DNA from: an uncultured Nitrososphaerota archaeon
GTDB lineage: Archaea > Thermoproteota > EX4484-205 > JAAOZO01
DNA length: 64,000 nt
Direction of reading: 5' to 3'
Assembly (NCBI GenBank): GCA_964408285.1
Contig: CAYOYV010000004.1
Location: 32,001 to 96,000, forward strand
The position numbers and the translations under genes were made by a program. How positions within the stretch are numbered: position 1 is the stretch's first letter; every line of letters starts with the position of its first letter. The notes beneath the pieces were generated by a model. It did no database searches. It was not told the DNA's origin and saw nothing but the letters and a program-made list of their open reading frames with translations. Below, in pieces: positions 17,849-27,171 of this stretch.

Positions 17849-19396
17849 TCACTGGGAAGTGGATTCTATGTCCTGCCCCTTTATCAGGTTCCGAATTACG
17901 GAGGGAAGTTTGGTAACGGCGACTCTAAGCTGCTTTGTTGTATTCCGGTCACGGACGGTAACGGTGTCATCTTTTAGCGATTGGTAATCGACCGTTATGG
18001 CCCATGGAGTGCCTATTTCATCGCTTCGTGCATATCTCTTTCCGATGCTACCGGTTTCATCATAGAACACATCGAACTCCTTCTTCAGAGAGTTGTATAT
18101 CTCGCCAGCTCTTCGTGCGAGATCGTCCTTTCCCATCAATGGAAATATGCCTGCGACGTAGGGGGAAATCTTGGGTGGAAGTGCAAACCATTCCCAATCC
18201 CTTTCATCCGCTGATTTGTAGCTATACAAGAGTACTGCATATACAGTTCTGTCAATGCCAAATGAAGGTTCGACAACATGAGGCACCACTTTTTGATCTC
18301 CGTCCATCATCGAGAGGTCGTCCCCAGAGTGCTTCGTATGTGTAGATAGATCGTAATCGGTCCGATATGCATTGCCGACGACCTCCTTCCATCCATAATC
18401 GAACTTGATCTCCATATCGAAATTCCCCTTGGAGTAGTGAGGTGTCTCCTGGGGAAGCATATGGCGGAATCTTATTGCTGGCTCGGGAATGCCAAGTTCC
18501 GTGTACCACAGGAGTTCCATTGCGAGGATATACGCCATGAACCGATTCGGCACTATCTGCTTCTCCGCCGCGTCCCGTGCGGTTGTTTCGAGTGGCTCGA
18601 GCCCTGATTTCTGCTGCTCCCTTGTAAAGATCCTTATTCTCACGTTTTCTATCTCGTCGAAACCAGGCACCTCATTTGCCTTCTCTGGATTGAAGAACAC
18701 TTCTATCTCCATTTGGTTGAACTCCCTTAGTCGCGTAATCCAATGCCTCGCTGATATCTCGTTTCTATAAGATCTCCCTATCTGAGCCACTCCGAAGGGC
18801 AATTTCGCCCTTGTGGCTGCAACGATATTCTTGAAATTGACGAATATGCCTTGGGCGGTTTCGGGTCTCAAGTATGCAACGCTTCCAGTAGCCGGGCCAA
18901 CGTTCGTGTTAAGCATCAGATTGAATATTCTCGTCTCGGTCAGTTGCCCCTTGCATCTCGGGCATTTCAAACCTGAGTCGCGAATAATGGCAGTCAATCC
19001 CTCTGCATCAATGCCTTCTACGAATCGTCCTGTTTGTTCCAGAATGAGCTCGTCAGACCTGTAGAATGTTTTGCAATTGGTGCATTGGGTCAATGGATCT
19101 ATGAAATCCTTGAGATGGCCTGAAGCTTCCCAGACCTTCTCGTGCATAACAATCGATGACTCTATCTCGAAGACATTCGCCCTTCCCTTTAGGAAGAAGT
19201 GCCTCCACGACTCCTCTATCTTCAGTTTCAGCAATTTCCCAATCGGCCCATAGTCATAGAAACCAGAAAGGCCCCCGTATATCTCAGAAGAAGGGAACAC
19301 GAAGCCCCTTCTTTTCGCAATCGGGACTATTTTCTCGATGTCTAGAGTATTGGATTCGTCTCGCAAGTCTTTGCTCCCTCGTCTATTCCCTAGCAC
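17849..19396 (-). CDS. glyS: Glycyl-tRNA synthetase (alpha2 type)
   Basis: RRGF.FPS.EIYGG, YLRPETAQG, RNEIS...RLREF.QMEIE, VVEPSFGIDR, SIGKRYAR.DEIG. Confidence 0.96.
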   Translation of the reverse strand: MLGNRRGSKDLRDESNTLDIEKIVPIAKRRGFVFPSSEIYGGLSGFYDYGPIGKLLKLKIEESWRHFFLKGRANVFEIESSIVMHEKVWEASGHLKDFIDPLTQCTNCKTFYRSDELILEQTGRFVEGIDAEGLTAIIRDSGLKCPRCKGQLTETRIFNLMLNTNVGPATGSVAYLRPETAQGIFVNFKNIVAATRAKLPFGVAQIGRSYRNEISARHWITRLREFNQMEIEVFFNPEKANEVPGFDEIENVRIRIFTREQQKSGLEPLETTARDAAEKQIVPNRFMAYILAMELLWYTELGIPEPAIRFRHMLPQETPHYSKGNFDMEIKFDYGWKEVVGNAYRTDYDLSTHTKHSGDDLSMMDGDQKVVPHVVEPSFGIDRTVYAVLLYSYKSADERDWEWFALPPKISPYVAGIFPLMGKDDLARRAGEIYNSLKKEFDVFYDETGSIGKRYARSDEIGTPWAITVDYQSLKDDTVTVRDRNTTKQLRVAVTKLPSVIRNLIKGQDIESTSQ

Positions 19397-19552
19397 TCAG
19401 ATTAATCTTTGTCTGACGGATGGGGCCATGAGGATTTTCTGGCGGTTAGGAACTTTTCGCAGGGCCGAGCGCTTACCCCAAGCAATCAAGGGAAGAAAAG
19501 CATCCTTCAAACGCTTTTATGTGGATCGCTGTTAGTCCAAAGTGTAGAGATA

Positions 19553-20524
19553 ATGTCGGACATAAGAAAGATAGCTGTCGTGACCTCCGGCGGCGATGCC
19601 TCCGGAATGAATGCTTCGGTGAGATCCGTCGTCAGAATGGCCACCCGTGACGGGCTCGAGATAGTCGGAATCAATAGGGGATATACTGGCTTGGTCTACA
19701 ACGATGTTGTGCCATTGGACAGAACATCGGTAAGCGGTATCATCAACCTTGGAGGAACCATACTGAGATCTAGCAGGTGTCAAGAGATCAGGACAGAAGA
19801 AGGAGTGGAGCGGGCTAAGGATACTCTGGAGTACAATTCAATAGACGGACTAATAGTGATAGGGGGAGACGGTTCTTTCAGAGGAGCGCACGAGATAAGA
19901 CGCAAATCCGGGGTCCCGATGATAGGAATTCCTGCAAGCATAGACAACGACATCTACGGGGTTGATGAGACAATAGGCTTCGACTCGGCTGTCAATGTCG
20001 CCACAAGGGCCATAGACAGCCTGAGAGACACGGCATATTCTCACGAGAGAATGTTCATCGTTGAGGTGATGGGAAGGGAAAGGGGCTTCATAGCTCTTTC
20101 AGTGGGCATAAGCTGTGGAGCGGAATACGTCCTCGTACCAGAGATAAAGGAAGATCTGCAAAAGATATCCAATGAACTCAAGGACTCCGAGAAACGAGGG
20201 AAAAGATCCAACATAATAGTTATCGCAGAGGGATATGGAAACACTGCCGAGATAGCTCGGTATCTTCAGAGCAACACTGGGCTCGAAACTAGGGTCTCGA
20301 CAATAGGATATCTGCAGAGGGGCGGCTCTCCCTCAGCAAGAAGCAGAATGCTTGCGACCTCGTATGGGTCGAGGGCAATTCAAGAGCTTTTGAACGGTGA
20401 AACGGAAACTGTCGTGGGCCTTCAGGCAGGGGAGATAAAGACTGAACCGCTCTCCTTCGTGGCCCTCAGAAGAAAGGAATTGGATATGAAGTTGTATGAG
20501 CTTGCAAAGGAGCTTTCGTACTAG
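19553..20524 (+). CDS. pfkA: 6-phosphofructokinase, PfkA family (ATP-type motifs)
   Basis: TSGGD..GMN, GGT.L.SSR, IGGDGS, SIDNDI, TIGFDSA, VEVMGR..G, GYLQRGG; start set at MSDIRK. Confidence 0.92.
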   Translation: MSDIRKIAVVTSGGDASGMNASVRSVVRMATRDGLEIVGINRGYTGLVYNDVVPLDRTSVSGIINLGGTILRSSRCQEIRTEEGVERAKDTLEYNSIDGLIVIGGDGSFRGAHEIRRKSGVPMIGIPASIDNDIYGVDETIGFDSAVNVATRAIDSLRDTAYSHERMFIVEVMGRERGFIALSVGISCGAEYVLVPEIKEDLQKISNELKDSEKRGKRSNIIVIAEGYGNTAEIARYLQSNTGLETRVSTIGYLQRGGSPSARSRMLATSYGSRAIQELLNGETETVVGLQAGEIKTEPLSFVALRRKELDMKLYELAKELSY

Positions 20525-20668
20525 GATTCCTCCCTACTCACGATTGAATCCGCAGACGCGAAGTTTGGCTCTCCGTCTCGCGTCTTGGTCAGGCAAAGAT
20601 AGAAGCGCTGACCAACAGGCCATGATCCATTGAATGAGCCTGCAATCAAGCCGGAGGTAGACTATGCC

Positions 20669-21031
20669 CTAGAGCATTTTCCTCGGACGCGAAAGCAGGG
20701 TCAAAGCCATTAGGACAATCGAAAGAACCGTTCCCAGCACAACGGATATCATGTCCGCCCAGCCGGAACTCGAAGCCCGCAGTATTATCAGATGGTAGTT
20801 AACGGAGGAGAAATAGACGAACAGAGTTGACCCAATTAACATGTTCAGACCTCTGGAAACACCATATCCCTTTACATAGCCCAGCGCTACCAGTGGGAGA
20901 GTTATGGCGATTATGAATATCAAAACATCAGCTATTCCTCTCCATATCGTTATGCCCGCTAGGATCACGGCCAAAATCAAGTCAACGACAGTTACCGCCC
21001 AGACGTACAGGTCGCTGATCCTACGACTCAT
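20669..21031 (-). CDS. Small membrane protein (about 4 TM)
   Basis: Four hydrophobic segments; minus-strand TATA (CTTAAATA) about 30 nt upstream. Confidence 0.75.
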   Translation of the reverse strand: MSRRISDLYVWAVTVVDLILAVILAGITIWRGIADVLIFIIAITLPLVALGYVKGYGVSRGLNMLIGSTLFVYFSSVNYHLIILRASSSGWADMISVVLGTVLSIVLMALTLLSRPRKML

Positions 21032-21296
21032 GGACTTCGTTTCGATATGATTTACGTATTGTATTTAAGTCTCTCTATGACGAGTTCAATATGATGAAAT
21101 TTGCTTGCGAGAGTTTATGCTAATGAATCAATGGCGCGAACTCGGTCGGGCCAACTCGTTCAGCAATCGGACTATCCAATCCATAAATAGACTGAATTCT
21201 GAGTGATGCATTCCTGCATGGGCTCCGATGGGATTAACTCAATGGATTTAAGCCAGTCCGTCAGGATAGAAAGTACATGGAGGAGCTGACGAAGGG

Positions 21297-22172
21297 ATGA
21301 ACAAGCAAGGGTACCCGAATTTCCTAAATCTATATCCCTCAATGGCATTCGGCGGAGCACAGTCTGATCTAGAGGCTTCGGAATTCGTCTTGATAGGTGC
21401 TCCTCTCGATTCGACCGGGACCTTCAGGACCGGATACAGGGAAGGGCCAAACGCAATAAGGACCGTTTCCGCTCAAATCGAGCAGTACAGCTACCGCTTC
21501 TCAGTTGATGCTTCGAAGGCAAACGTACATGACCTTGGAGATCTCTCACTGGGTCCTGAGCCTGCAGAAAACGTGAATGTGGTGGAACAGGCAGTTAGCC
21601 GGATAAGGTCGATGTCCAAGATACCCATAATTCTGGGGGGAGAACACACAATCGCATTCGGAGGGTTTCTTGGGAGCGAAGCGGATCGTCTGATTGTGTT
21701 TGACGCTCACATGGATCTCAGGGATGAGTACCTCGGCTCCAAGTTCTCGCATGCTACCTGGCTAAGAAGACTCTTGGATAGAGTGGATCTAGGCAGAGTC
21801 CTCCAGGTCGGAACGAGGTCGACATCCGAAGATGAGCTCGCCTCAAATCCACCTCGCATCGAGATGGTGGCGTCGGACGCACTTATGGCAAGGAGATTCG
21901 AAAGTGTCAAGAAATGGATCAGGCCGGGGTTGAAGTATTATCTTTCAATCGATCTAGATGTGTTTGATCCGCCATACGCACCCGGTGTGGGAAATCCTGA
22001 GCCCGAAGGTATTTCGCCTACTGTTTTCTTCGATCTGCTGAAAGAACTATCCCCTCTTGACATGGTCGGGTTCGACGTCTGTGAGCTTATACCGAGATAT
22101 GATCCAAGTGGGATAACGACGATACTTGCCTCAAAGATAGCCTTGGAGCTTCTTTGCGCCAAAATCGCCTAG
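21297..22172 (+). CDS. speB: Agmatinase (ureohydrolase family)
   Basis: G.P.D.T.TFR.G...GP, GGEH, FDAHMD, SHAT, SIDLDV.DP..APGVGNPEP.G. Confidence 0.93.
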   Translation: MNKQGYPNFLNLYPSMAFGGAQSDLEASEFVLIGAPLDSTGTFRTGYREGPNAIRTVSAQIEQYSYRFSVDASKANVHDLGDLSLGPEPAENVNVVEQAVSRIRSMSKIPIILGGEHTIAFGGFLGSEADRLIVFDAHMDLRDEYLGSKFSHATWLRRLLDRVDLGRVLQVGTRSTSEDELASNPPRIEMVASDALMARRFESVKKWIRPGLKYYLSIDLDVFDPPYAPGVGNPEPEGISPTVFFDLLKELSPLDMVGFDVCELIPRYDPSGITTILASKIALELLCAKIA

Positions 22173-23117
22173 AAATTGCTTGAATTCAAGGGATCTATTC
22201 ATGGTATTAGACATCAAGGCCGCTTCAGCAATGGCAAGATTTGCGACCGCATCCTTCTCGTCCGGACTTGGTTTCCTTCCTGCTAATATGCAATCGACGA
22301 AGTGTTTCAACTCGAAGAGCAATGGCTCCTTCCACTCCGCAAATCTTGTGAAGGAACCCTCTCCGTTCTTCAGGGTCACTTCCTGAGTGACCAAGTCTGC
22401 CTCGATATATCCTAGGAATCCTGTGAGAGTCAGTTTCCTGCTCTTGCTGGGGGTGATCCAATTCGCTTCAAGTATTGCCCAGCAATCTTGTCCGAAGTTC
22501 ATTATTACCGTGGCATGATCCTCGTTCGTGCTTCTGGTTAATGACCCGGCTCTCGCATAAACGGAAATCGGTTGTCCCTTCAGAATGAACCTAGCTATGT
22601 CAATATCATGAATGGCCGCATCCTTGACTACTCCTAGGTCTACTGGTCTATCCGGCCATCTTCTGATCCTAAGTGCTGTCATTATTATTGGTCTTCCAAT
22701 TTTGTTCTGTTCAAGATATTCCTTCGCTGTCAGAACTCCTTGGTTGAACCGTTCTATGAACCCGGCCATGAATTTAACGTCATGTTGTTTTCCGAAATCG
22801 GAAAGCTCGACAGCTTCGCTTACCTTAGCCACGAACGGTTTCTCGAGGAACAGGTAATGGACGCCCTTGTTAATCAGAGACTTCGCGATTTCTTGGTGTG
22901 TCGTGGTTGGCGTTGCTATGACTGCGCCATCTATGGATCTGAAGTCGAATGAGTCGACATTCGAACTCCAAGGAATGTTATACAACTGGCCATATTTTCT
23001 TGCCGTTTCCTCATTCCTGTCTATGGCCCCGCCAAGTGCACCCAATTCGTTGAGGACTCTCACATGGTTCTTGCCAAATGACCCAGTTCCAACGACAGCT
23101 ATCTTTGTCAAGTGCAC
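22131..23117 (-). CDS. Gfo/Idh/MocA family oxidoreductase (possible nucleotide-sugar dehydrogenase)
   Basis: VVGTG.FG..H, ATPT..H, EKP, GFIERFN, D.AIHDID. Confidence 0.9.
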   Translation of the reverse strand: MHLTKIAVVGTGSFGKNHVRVLNELGALGGAIDRNEETARKYGQLYNIPWSSNVDSFDFRSIDGAVIATPTTTHQEIAKSLINKGVHYLFLEKPFVAKVSEAVELSDFGKQHDVKFMAGFIERFNQGVLTAKEYLEQNKIGRPIIMTALRIRRWPDRPVDLGVVKDAAIHDIDIARFILKGQPISVYARAGSLTRSTNEDHATVIMNFGQDCWAILEANWITPSKSRKLTLTGFLGYIEADLVTQEVTLKNGEGSFTRFAEWKEPLLFELKHFVDCILAGRKPSPDEKDAVANLAIAEAALMSNTMNRSLEFKQFLGDFGAKKLQGYL

Positions 23118-23121
23118 TTCA

Positions 23122-25617
23122 TCACATGAAATCTAGGAGTTTTGAACTTTTGCCCTTGCCAGAAATATCCACTCCAAGCGGCTCTAGGATCTGCTCAAAT
23201 GTCGTTGTCATTATTTCCATGTATTTGTCGACATCTATCTCATCTGGTTTCGCCATATTTGTTGGCTTCACTCCCAATCTTCCCTTGACCTTTACGTAGG
23301 ACACCATGTCTCCAGCCTTTGGGATTTCCCCATTCTTTTGCTGCATCATAGCCGCCTTAATGTGTTGGGGGGTGGTCTTCCTGTAGTCCTCTATGTCCTT
23401 GCTCATCATTATGTTGAACGACAAATCCTCAACTGGGATCTGCTTCTTCTTTAGCCTCTCAACTGTGTCCTTCAAGATGGCCTCCACATTTCTTCTTGCC
23501 TGTTCGAATTCATTGTCATTCTTAACCTTGCTCAAGATCGATAATACCTCAAAGAAGGTCTTCTTCACGAATTCCGGAGTGGAACTCTTCTTTCCTATTA
23601 GGCCCTTGACGTCTGGAATCATGTCCTCAGTAACGCCAAAGTAATTCTTCTTTCTTGAACTGAACACAGCATACCTGTATTTCTTGTCGAAATTGAGCTG
23701 GATTCCGTATTTATTATAGGCAAAGTCAGAGAGGATCCTGATATCGTCCTGCGTGGGCTCCTTCAGAAAGATGGAATCTGTATCCCCATAGATGATGTTT
23801 ATTCCCCTCTCCTTCGCGAGTTGTATGACGCTCGTCAGCAACATCCTACCAACAGCGGTGACACTTTCGGCAACCGGAGGAGTATAGAATTGAAAGCTCT
23901 CGGCGCCCATGACTCCATAACTAGCATTCAGGAAGACCTTCAGAGCTCTTTGTACTGCCTCGTATCTTTTTCTGGTTATTGGGCTGAGTTCCTTGTCCTT
24001 TGACATGGGGACGTATATATTCACTCTGAGGTCTCTCAACGTTCCTATCGTGGAGCTTGTCAAGCCCACAACCTTCTTGCATACCCAATGCGGCAGATCC
24101 GCGACCTTGTTGTCCCTGCACTCAGGGTGCGGACACATGACCGTTTCATAGGAAAGATTGTACCTCGCTATCACACTAGGATACAACGAAGCGAAGTCCA
24201 TGACGACTACGTTGAAATGGGCTCCTGCCTCAGGCTTGAGGACTATGGCACCCAAGTACTTTTTCCCCTTGATGACAGCCCTTGTTACCGTTTCGCCCTT
24301 TATCTTAATTATGTCCTCGTTATTTGGAACGAGGATCCCCCTCTCTCTGTGCAGCGCTATGAACAAGCTCCTTATCCAAGATGAAACCGCATGTCTGACG
24401 ATTTCCTCCATTGGTGACCTGCTGATTCTCATTAGCATCACGATCAGCTTCACGACAATGGAATCATCATAGGTAGTCAGGCCAATTGTTATGTCGGCGT
24501 CGTTACTGCAATATTTCCACAAGTCGATATATGTTATCTTACTGAAGTCCTGTTCGACCTTTATCTTTCCCCTGCCGAGAAGCGACTTAGATATAGCGTC
24601 AAGGGTCGCCTCCTTGTAAACGTTGTTGAACGCATATATCTGGATTGAGCGGTTCAAGAAGAACCTGTAGAGATCAATGTGAACTCCCCCCTTTATATCG
24701 GCGAAATCTCTTCCAAGTTTTATTGGGATCTTCTCTTCCGGAATGCCCAAGGTCTTAGCCCTATTCCTCAAATAAGGGAGGTCGAAGTTGTCGCCGTTAT
24801 AGGTCACTATGACTGGGTATTTCGCTAATATGGAGAAAGCTTCAAGTAGCATATCGTTTTCGTTCTCAAAAATCCTAAGGTTAGTCGCTTTCTTCAGCTC
24901 GTCGGATGGCTCACCGAGGTCTCGCCTGACCAGAAGTAGCGTGATGATCTCTCCGGAATTATCTGCAAACGATATTGCTCCTATTCTCTCCTTTGCACTC
25001 TCAACATCGGGAAGCCTGTTGACTCCCTCTGCTATGACCTCAATATCAATGGCCGCTCTACGTCCATTTGGAATTGGCTGTTCGAGAAACGTCATCCATT
25101 CCCTCAATTCCCCAACATTGGGCACTTGCGCCTTAGCGAGATATTCCTCTACTTTCTGAGTCGTGGATTCGTCTAGTTGCATGAACAGAGGAGACAGTTC
25201 TCCATCCTCAGAGACATAGAATTGGCCTGGCCTCAGCCTCGAATCATAGATGTAGTTTAGGACATAAGGAATGTCAGCCTCCCACACCTTCCTAAGTACA
25301 CTTCTAACTGTGCCACTTGGTTTTCCACTGATGCTTAGCGGGTCAGACACGATGATCTTAGTCATAGGCTTTTCCTTCTGGAGTAAGGCGTCGAATTTCG
25401 TCTCGGCGTCGAATTTCTCAAAGCCGGGAAGAGCGACGAGGTCCTGGTTCTTTTCAAGTTCGTCAGGGAGTTCATCAGAGTAGCAGTACGGCTTGTGGTT
25501 GTAAGGGTCTTCCATCAGAGTGACTGATTTTCCTTCTTCGTTCAGGAACTTGAGAATGGCCTTCTTTGATTGTCCGTCGTATCCTAACGAGATGAGGAAT
25601 CCCTTTTGAATTGACAT
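23122..25617 (-). CDS. polB1: DNA polymerase family B, crenarchaeal B1-type
   Basis: ExoI DIE, ExoII YNGDNFD, ExoIII Y...D; DFASLYPS, KVFLNASYG, YGDTDS, KKNYFG; CPHPEC...HWVC insert typical of B1; no intein. Confidence 0.93.
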   Translation of the reverse strand: MSIQKGFLISLGYDGQSKKAILKFLNEEGKSVTLMEDPYNHKPYCYSDELPDELEKNQDLVALPGFEKFDAETKFDALLQKEKPMTKIIVSDPLSISGKPSGTVRSVLRKVWEADIPYVLNYIYDSRLRPGQFYVSEDGELSPLFMQLDESTTQKVEEYLAKAQVPNVGELREWMTFLEQPIPNGRRAAIDIEVIAEGVNRLPDVESAKERIGAISFADNSGEIITLLLVRRDLGEPSDELKKATNLRIFENENDMLLEAFSILAKYPVIVTYNGDNFDLPYLRNRAKTLGIPEEKIPIKLGRDFADIKGGVHIDLYRFFLNRSIQIYAFNNVYKEATLDAISKSLLGRGKIKVEQDFSKITYIDLWKYCSNDADITIGLTTYDDSIVVKLIVMLMRISRSPMEEIVRHAVSSWIRSLFIALHRERGILVPNNEDIIKIKGETVTRAVIKGKKYLGAIVLKPEAGAHFNVVVMDFASLYPSVIARYNLSYETVMCPHPECRDNKVADLPHWVCKKVVGLTSSTIGTLRDLRVNIYVPMSKDKELSPITRKRYEAVQRALKVFLNASYGVMGAESFQFYTPPVAESVTAVGRMLLTSVIQLAKERGINIIYGDTDSIFLKEPTQDDIRILSDFAYNKYGIQLNFDKKYRYAVFSSRKKNYFGVTEDMIPDVKGLIGKKSSTPEFVKKTFFEVLSILSKVKNDNEFEQARRNVEAILKDTVERLKKKQIPVEDLSFNIMMSKDIEDYRKTTPQHIKAAMMQQKNGEIPKAGDMVSYVKVKGRLGVKPTNMAKPDEIDVDKYMEIMTTTFEQILEPLGVDISGKGKSSKLLDFM

Positions 25618-25688
25618 ATAATAGGTTGATGTGTGTCTGCCACCAGAAAGTTTTAAGCTTATTTGCCATCAACAGTTGCTTACCTGGA

Positions 25689-26012
25689 TTGCAGAAGGTG
25701 CGAGAGAGATACCTCTTGTTGGCGATTCGCCATAGCGGCACATTGTCAAGAGATTATTTGAGGGCCAAATTGAAGAGTGTGTACCTCGGTTTATTGAAAA
25801 AACCAAGCAAGTTCAATAATCTCTTCTTGGAACTACAGAATGACCACGTGATTTATTCAGTTCCGCACCTCCTGGTTCAGGATTTTAAGAAAGCCGCCAA
25901 AGAGGAACTCCGGAAGGATAAGATAGAATGTGAAGTTGTTCTCGTTTCTGGGACTATTAGAGCACTCAGAGATAAGGCAGGACAGAAAGGATTTTTGACT
26001 CCCAGGAGTTGA
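25689..26012 (+). CDS. Probable RNase P protein subunit Pop5/Rpp14
   Basis: N-terminal RERYL and C-terminal VSGTIR motifs; about 107 aa; start uncertain. Confidence 0.65.
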   Translation: MQKVRERYLLLAIRHSGTLSRDYLRAKLKSVYLGLLKKPSKFNNLFLELQNDHVIYSVPHLLVQDFKKAAKEELRKDKIECEVVLVSGTIRALRDKAGQKGFLTPRS

Positions 26013-26023
26013 TCGAGGGAGGA

Positions 26024-27088
26024 ATGGACAAGGTTAGGGTGGGCTTCGTGGGAGTAGGACAGATGGGGCAGTGTGCCCATTTGAGGAACTACGTCAACAT
26101 GTTGGACTGCGAGGTCGTCGCTATTGCAGAATTGCGTCCTAAATTGGCAAAACTCGTTGCTACGAGATTCGGCATCCCCAATGTCTACAGGAATCACAGG
26201 GAAATGATAGGGGCGGAGACTCTCGATGGGATAGTTGCCGCGCAGCAATTCACCCGCCATGGGCAGATTGTGCCGGAATTGCTCAAGGCCGGCACTCCAA
26301 TCTTCATAGAGAAACCACTAGCCTCTTCAGTTGAAACAGGAGAGAGGATCGTTCGGGCGGTCGAGAAGAGCGGGACATGGGTGATGGTGGGATATCATAA
26401 GAGAAGCGATCCAGCAACCATCTACGCCAAGGCGGAGATTGACCGGTTGAAACAGACAGGGGAGCTAGGTGAGATGCGCTATGTCAGAATCACAATGCCA
26501 CCAGGCGATTGGATAGAAGAGGGTTTCATTGGACAAGTCACAACAGATGACCCAATACCTAAGCTTGAGGAGGATCCTCCTGATTCCGAGATGGACGAGG
26601 CCACCTATGAGGAATACGTCAGCTTCGTCAACTATTACATCCATCAGGTGAATCTCCTTCGACACTTCCTCGGAGAATCCTATGGCGTTAAGTACGCCGA
26701 TGTATCAGAACGTCTTCTCCTTGGCCAGAGTATGAGCGGAATTCCCGTGGTCTTGGAGATGGCGCCCTATTTCACCACGGTTGATTGGCAGGAATCAGCA
26801 CTTGTATGCTTCAGGAACGGTTGGATCAAACTGGACCTGCCAGCTCCGCTGGCCTCAAATAGGCCGGGAACTGTTACAATATTCAGAGATCCGGCCAAAG
26901 GGGCAGTACCCCAGACCGTGATTCCACAACTTCCTTGGATTGGTGCAATGCGACAACAGGCAATCAACTTCGTAAAAGCCATAAAGGGAGAGATGAAGCC
27001 CCCATGTGAAGCAGGAGAAGCCCTAGACGATCTGAGAATCGCACGAGACTACATCAGACACATCAAATCATCGAACCCTAGTCCATGA
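26024..27088 (+). CDS. Gfo/Idh/MocA family oxidoreductase
   Basis: GFVGVGQMG..H, EKP, VGYHKR.DP; GGAGG RBS upstream of ATG 26024. Confidence 0.9.
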   Translation: MDKVRVGFVGVGQMGQCAHLRNYVNMLDCEVVAIAELRPKLAKLVATRFGIPNVYRNHREMIGAETLDGIVAAQQFTRHGQIVPELLKAGTPIFIEKPLASSVETGERIVRAVEKSGTWVMVGYHKRSDPATIYAKAEIDRLKQTGELGEMRYVRITMPPGDWIEEGFIGQVTTDDPIPKLEEDPPDSEMDEATYEEYVSFVNYYIHQVNLLRHFLGESYGVKYADVSERLLLGQSMSGIPVVLEMAPYFTTVDWQESALVCFRNGWIKLDLPAPLASNRPGTVTIFRDPAKGAVPQTVIPQLPWIGAMRQQAINFVKAIKGEMKPPCEAGEALDDLRIARDYIRHIKSSNPSP

Positions 27089-27171
27089 AATTTCGCCTAT
27101 CAAGCGACCACTACAATTTCCAGTTTCACAAAGTGCCGAAACCGCTGGCTTGCCATATACGCTGGAATACC

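Noticed and set aside
23122-25617. Intein in, or inactivation of, the family B polymerase
   Set aside because: The length is normal and all exonuclease and polymerase motifs are contiguous and intact.
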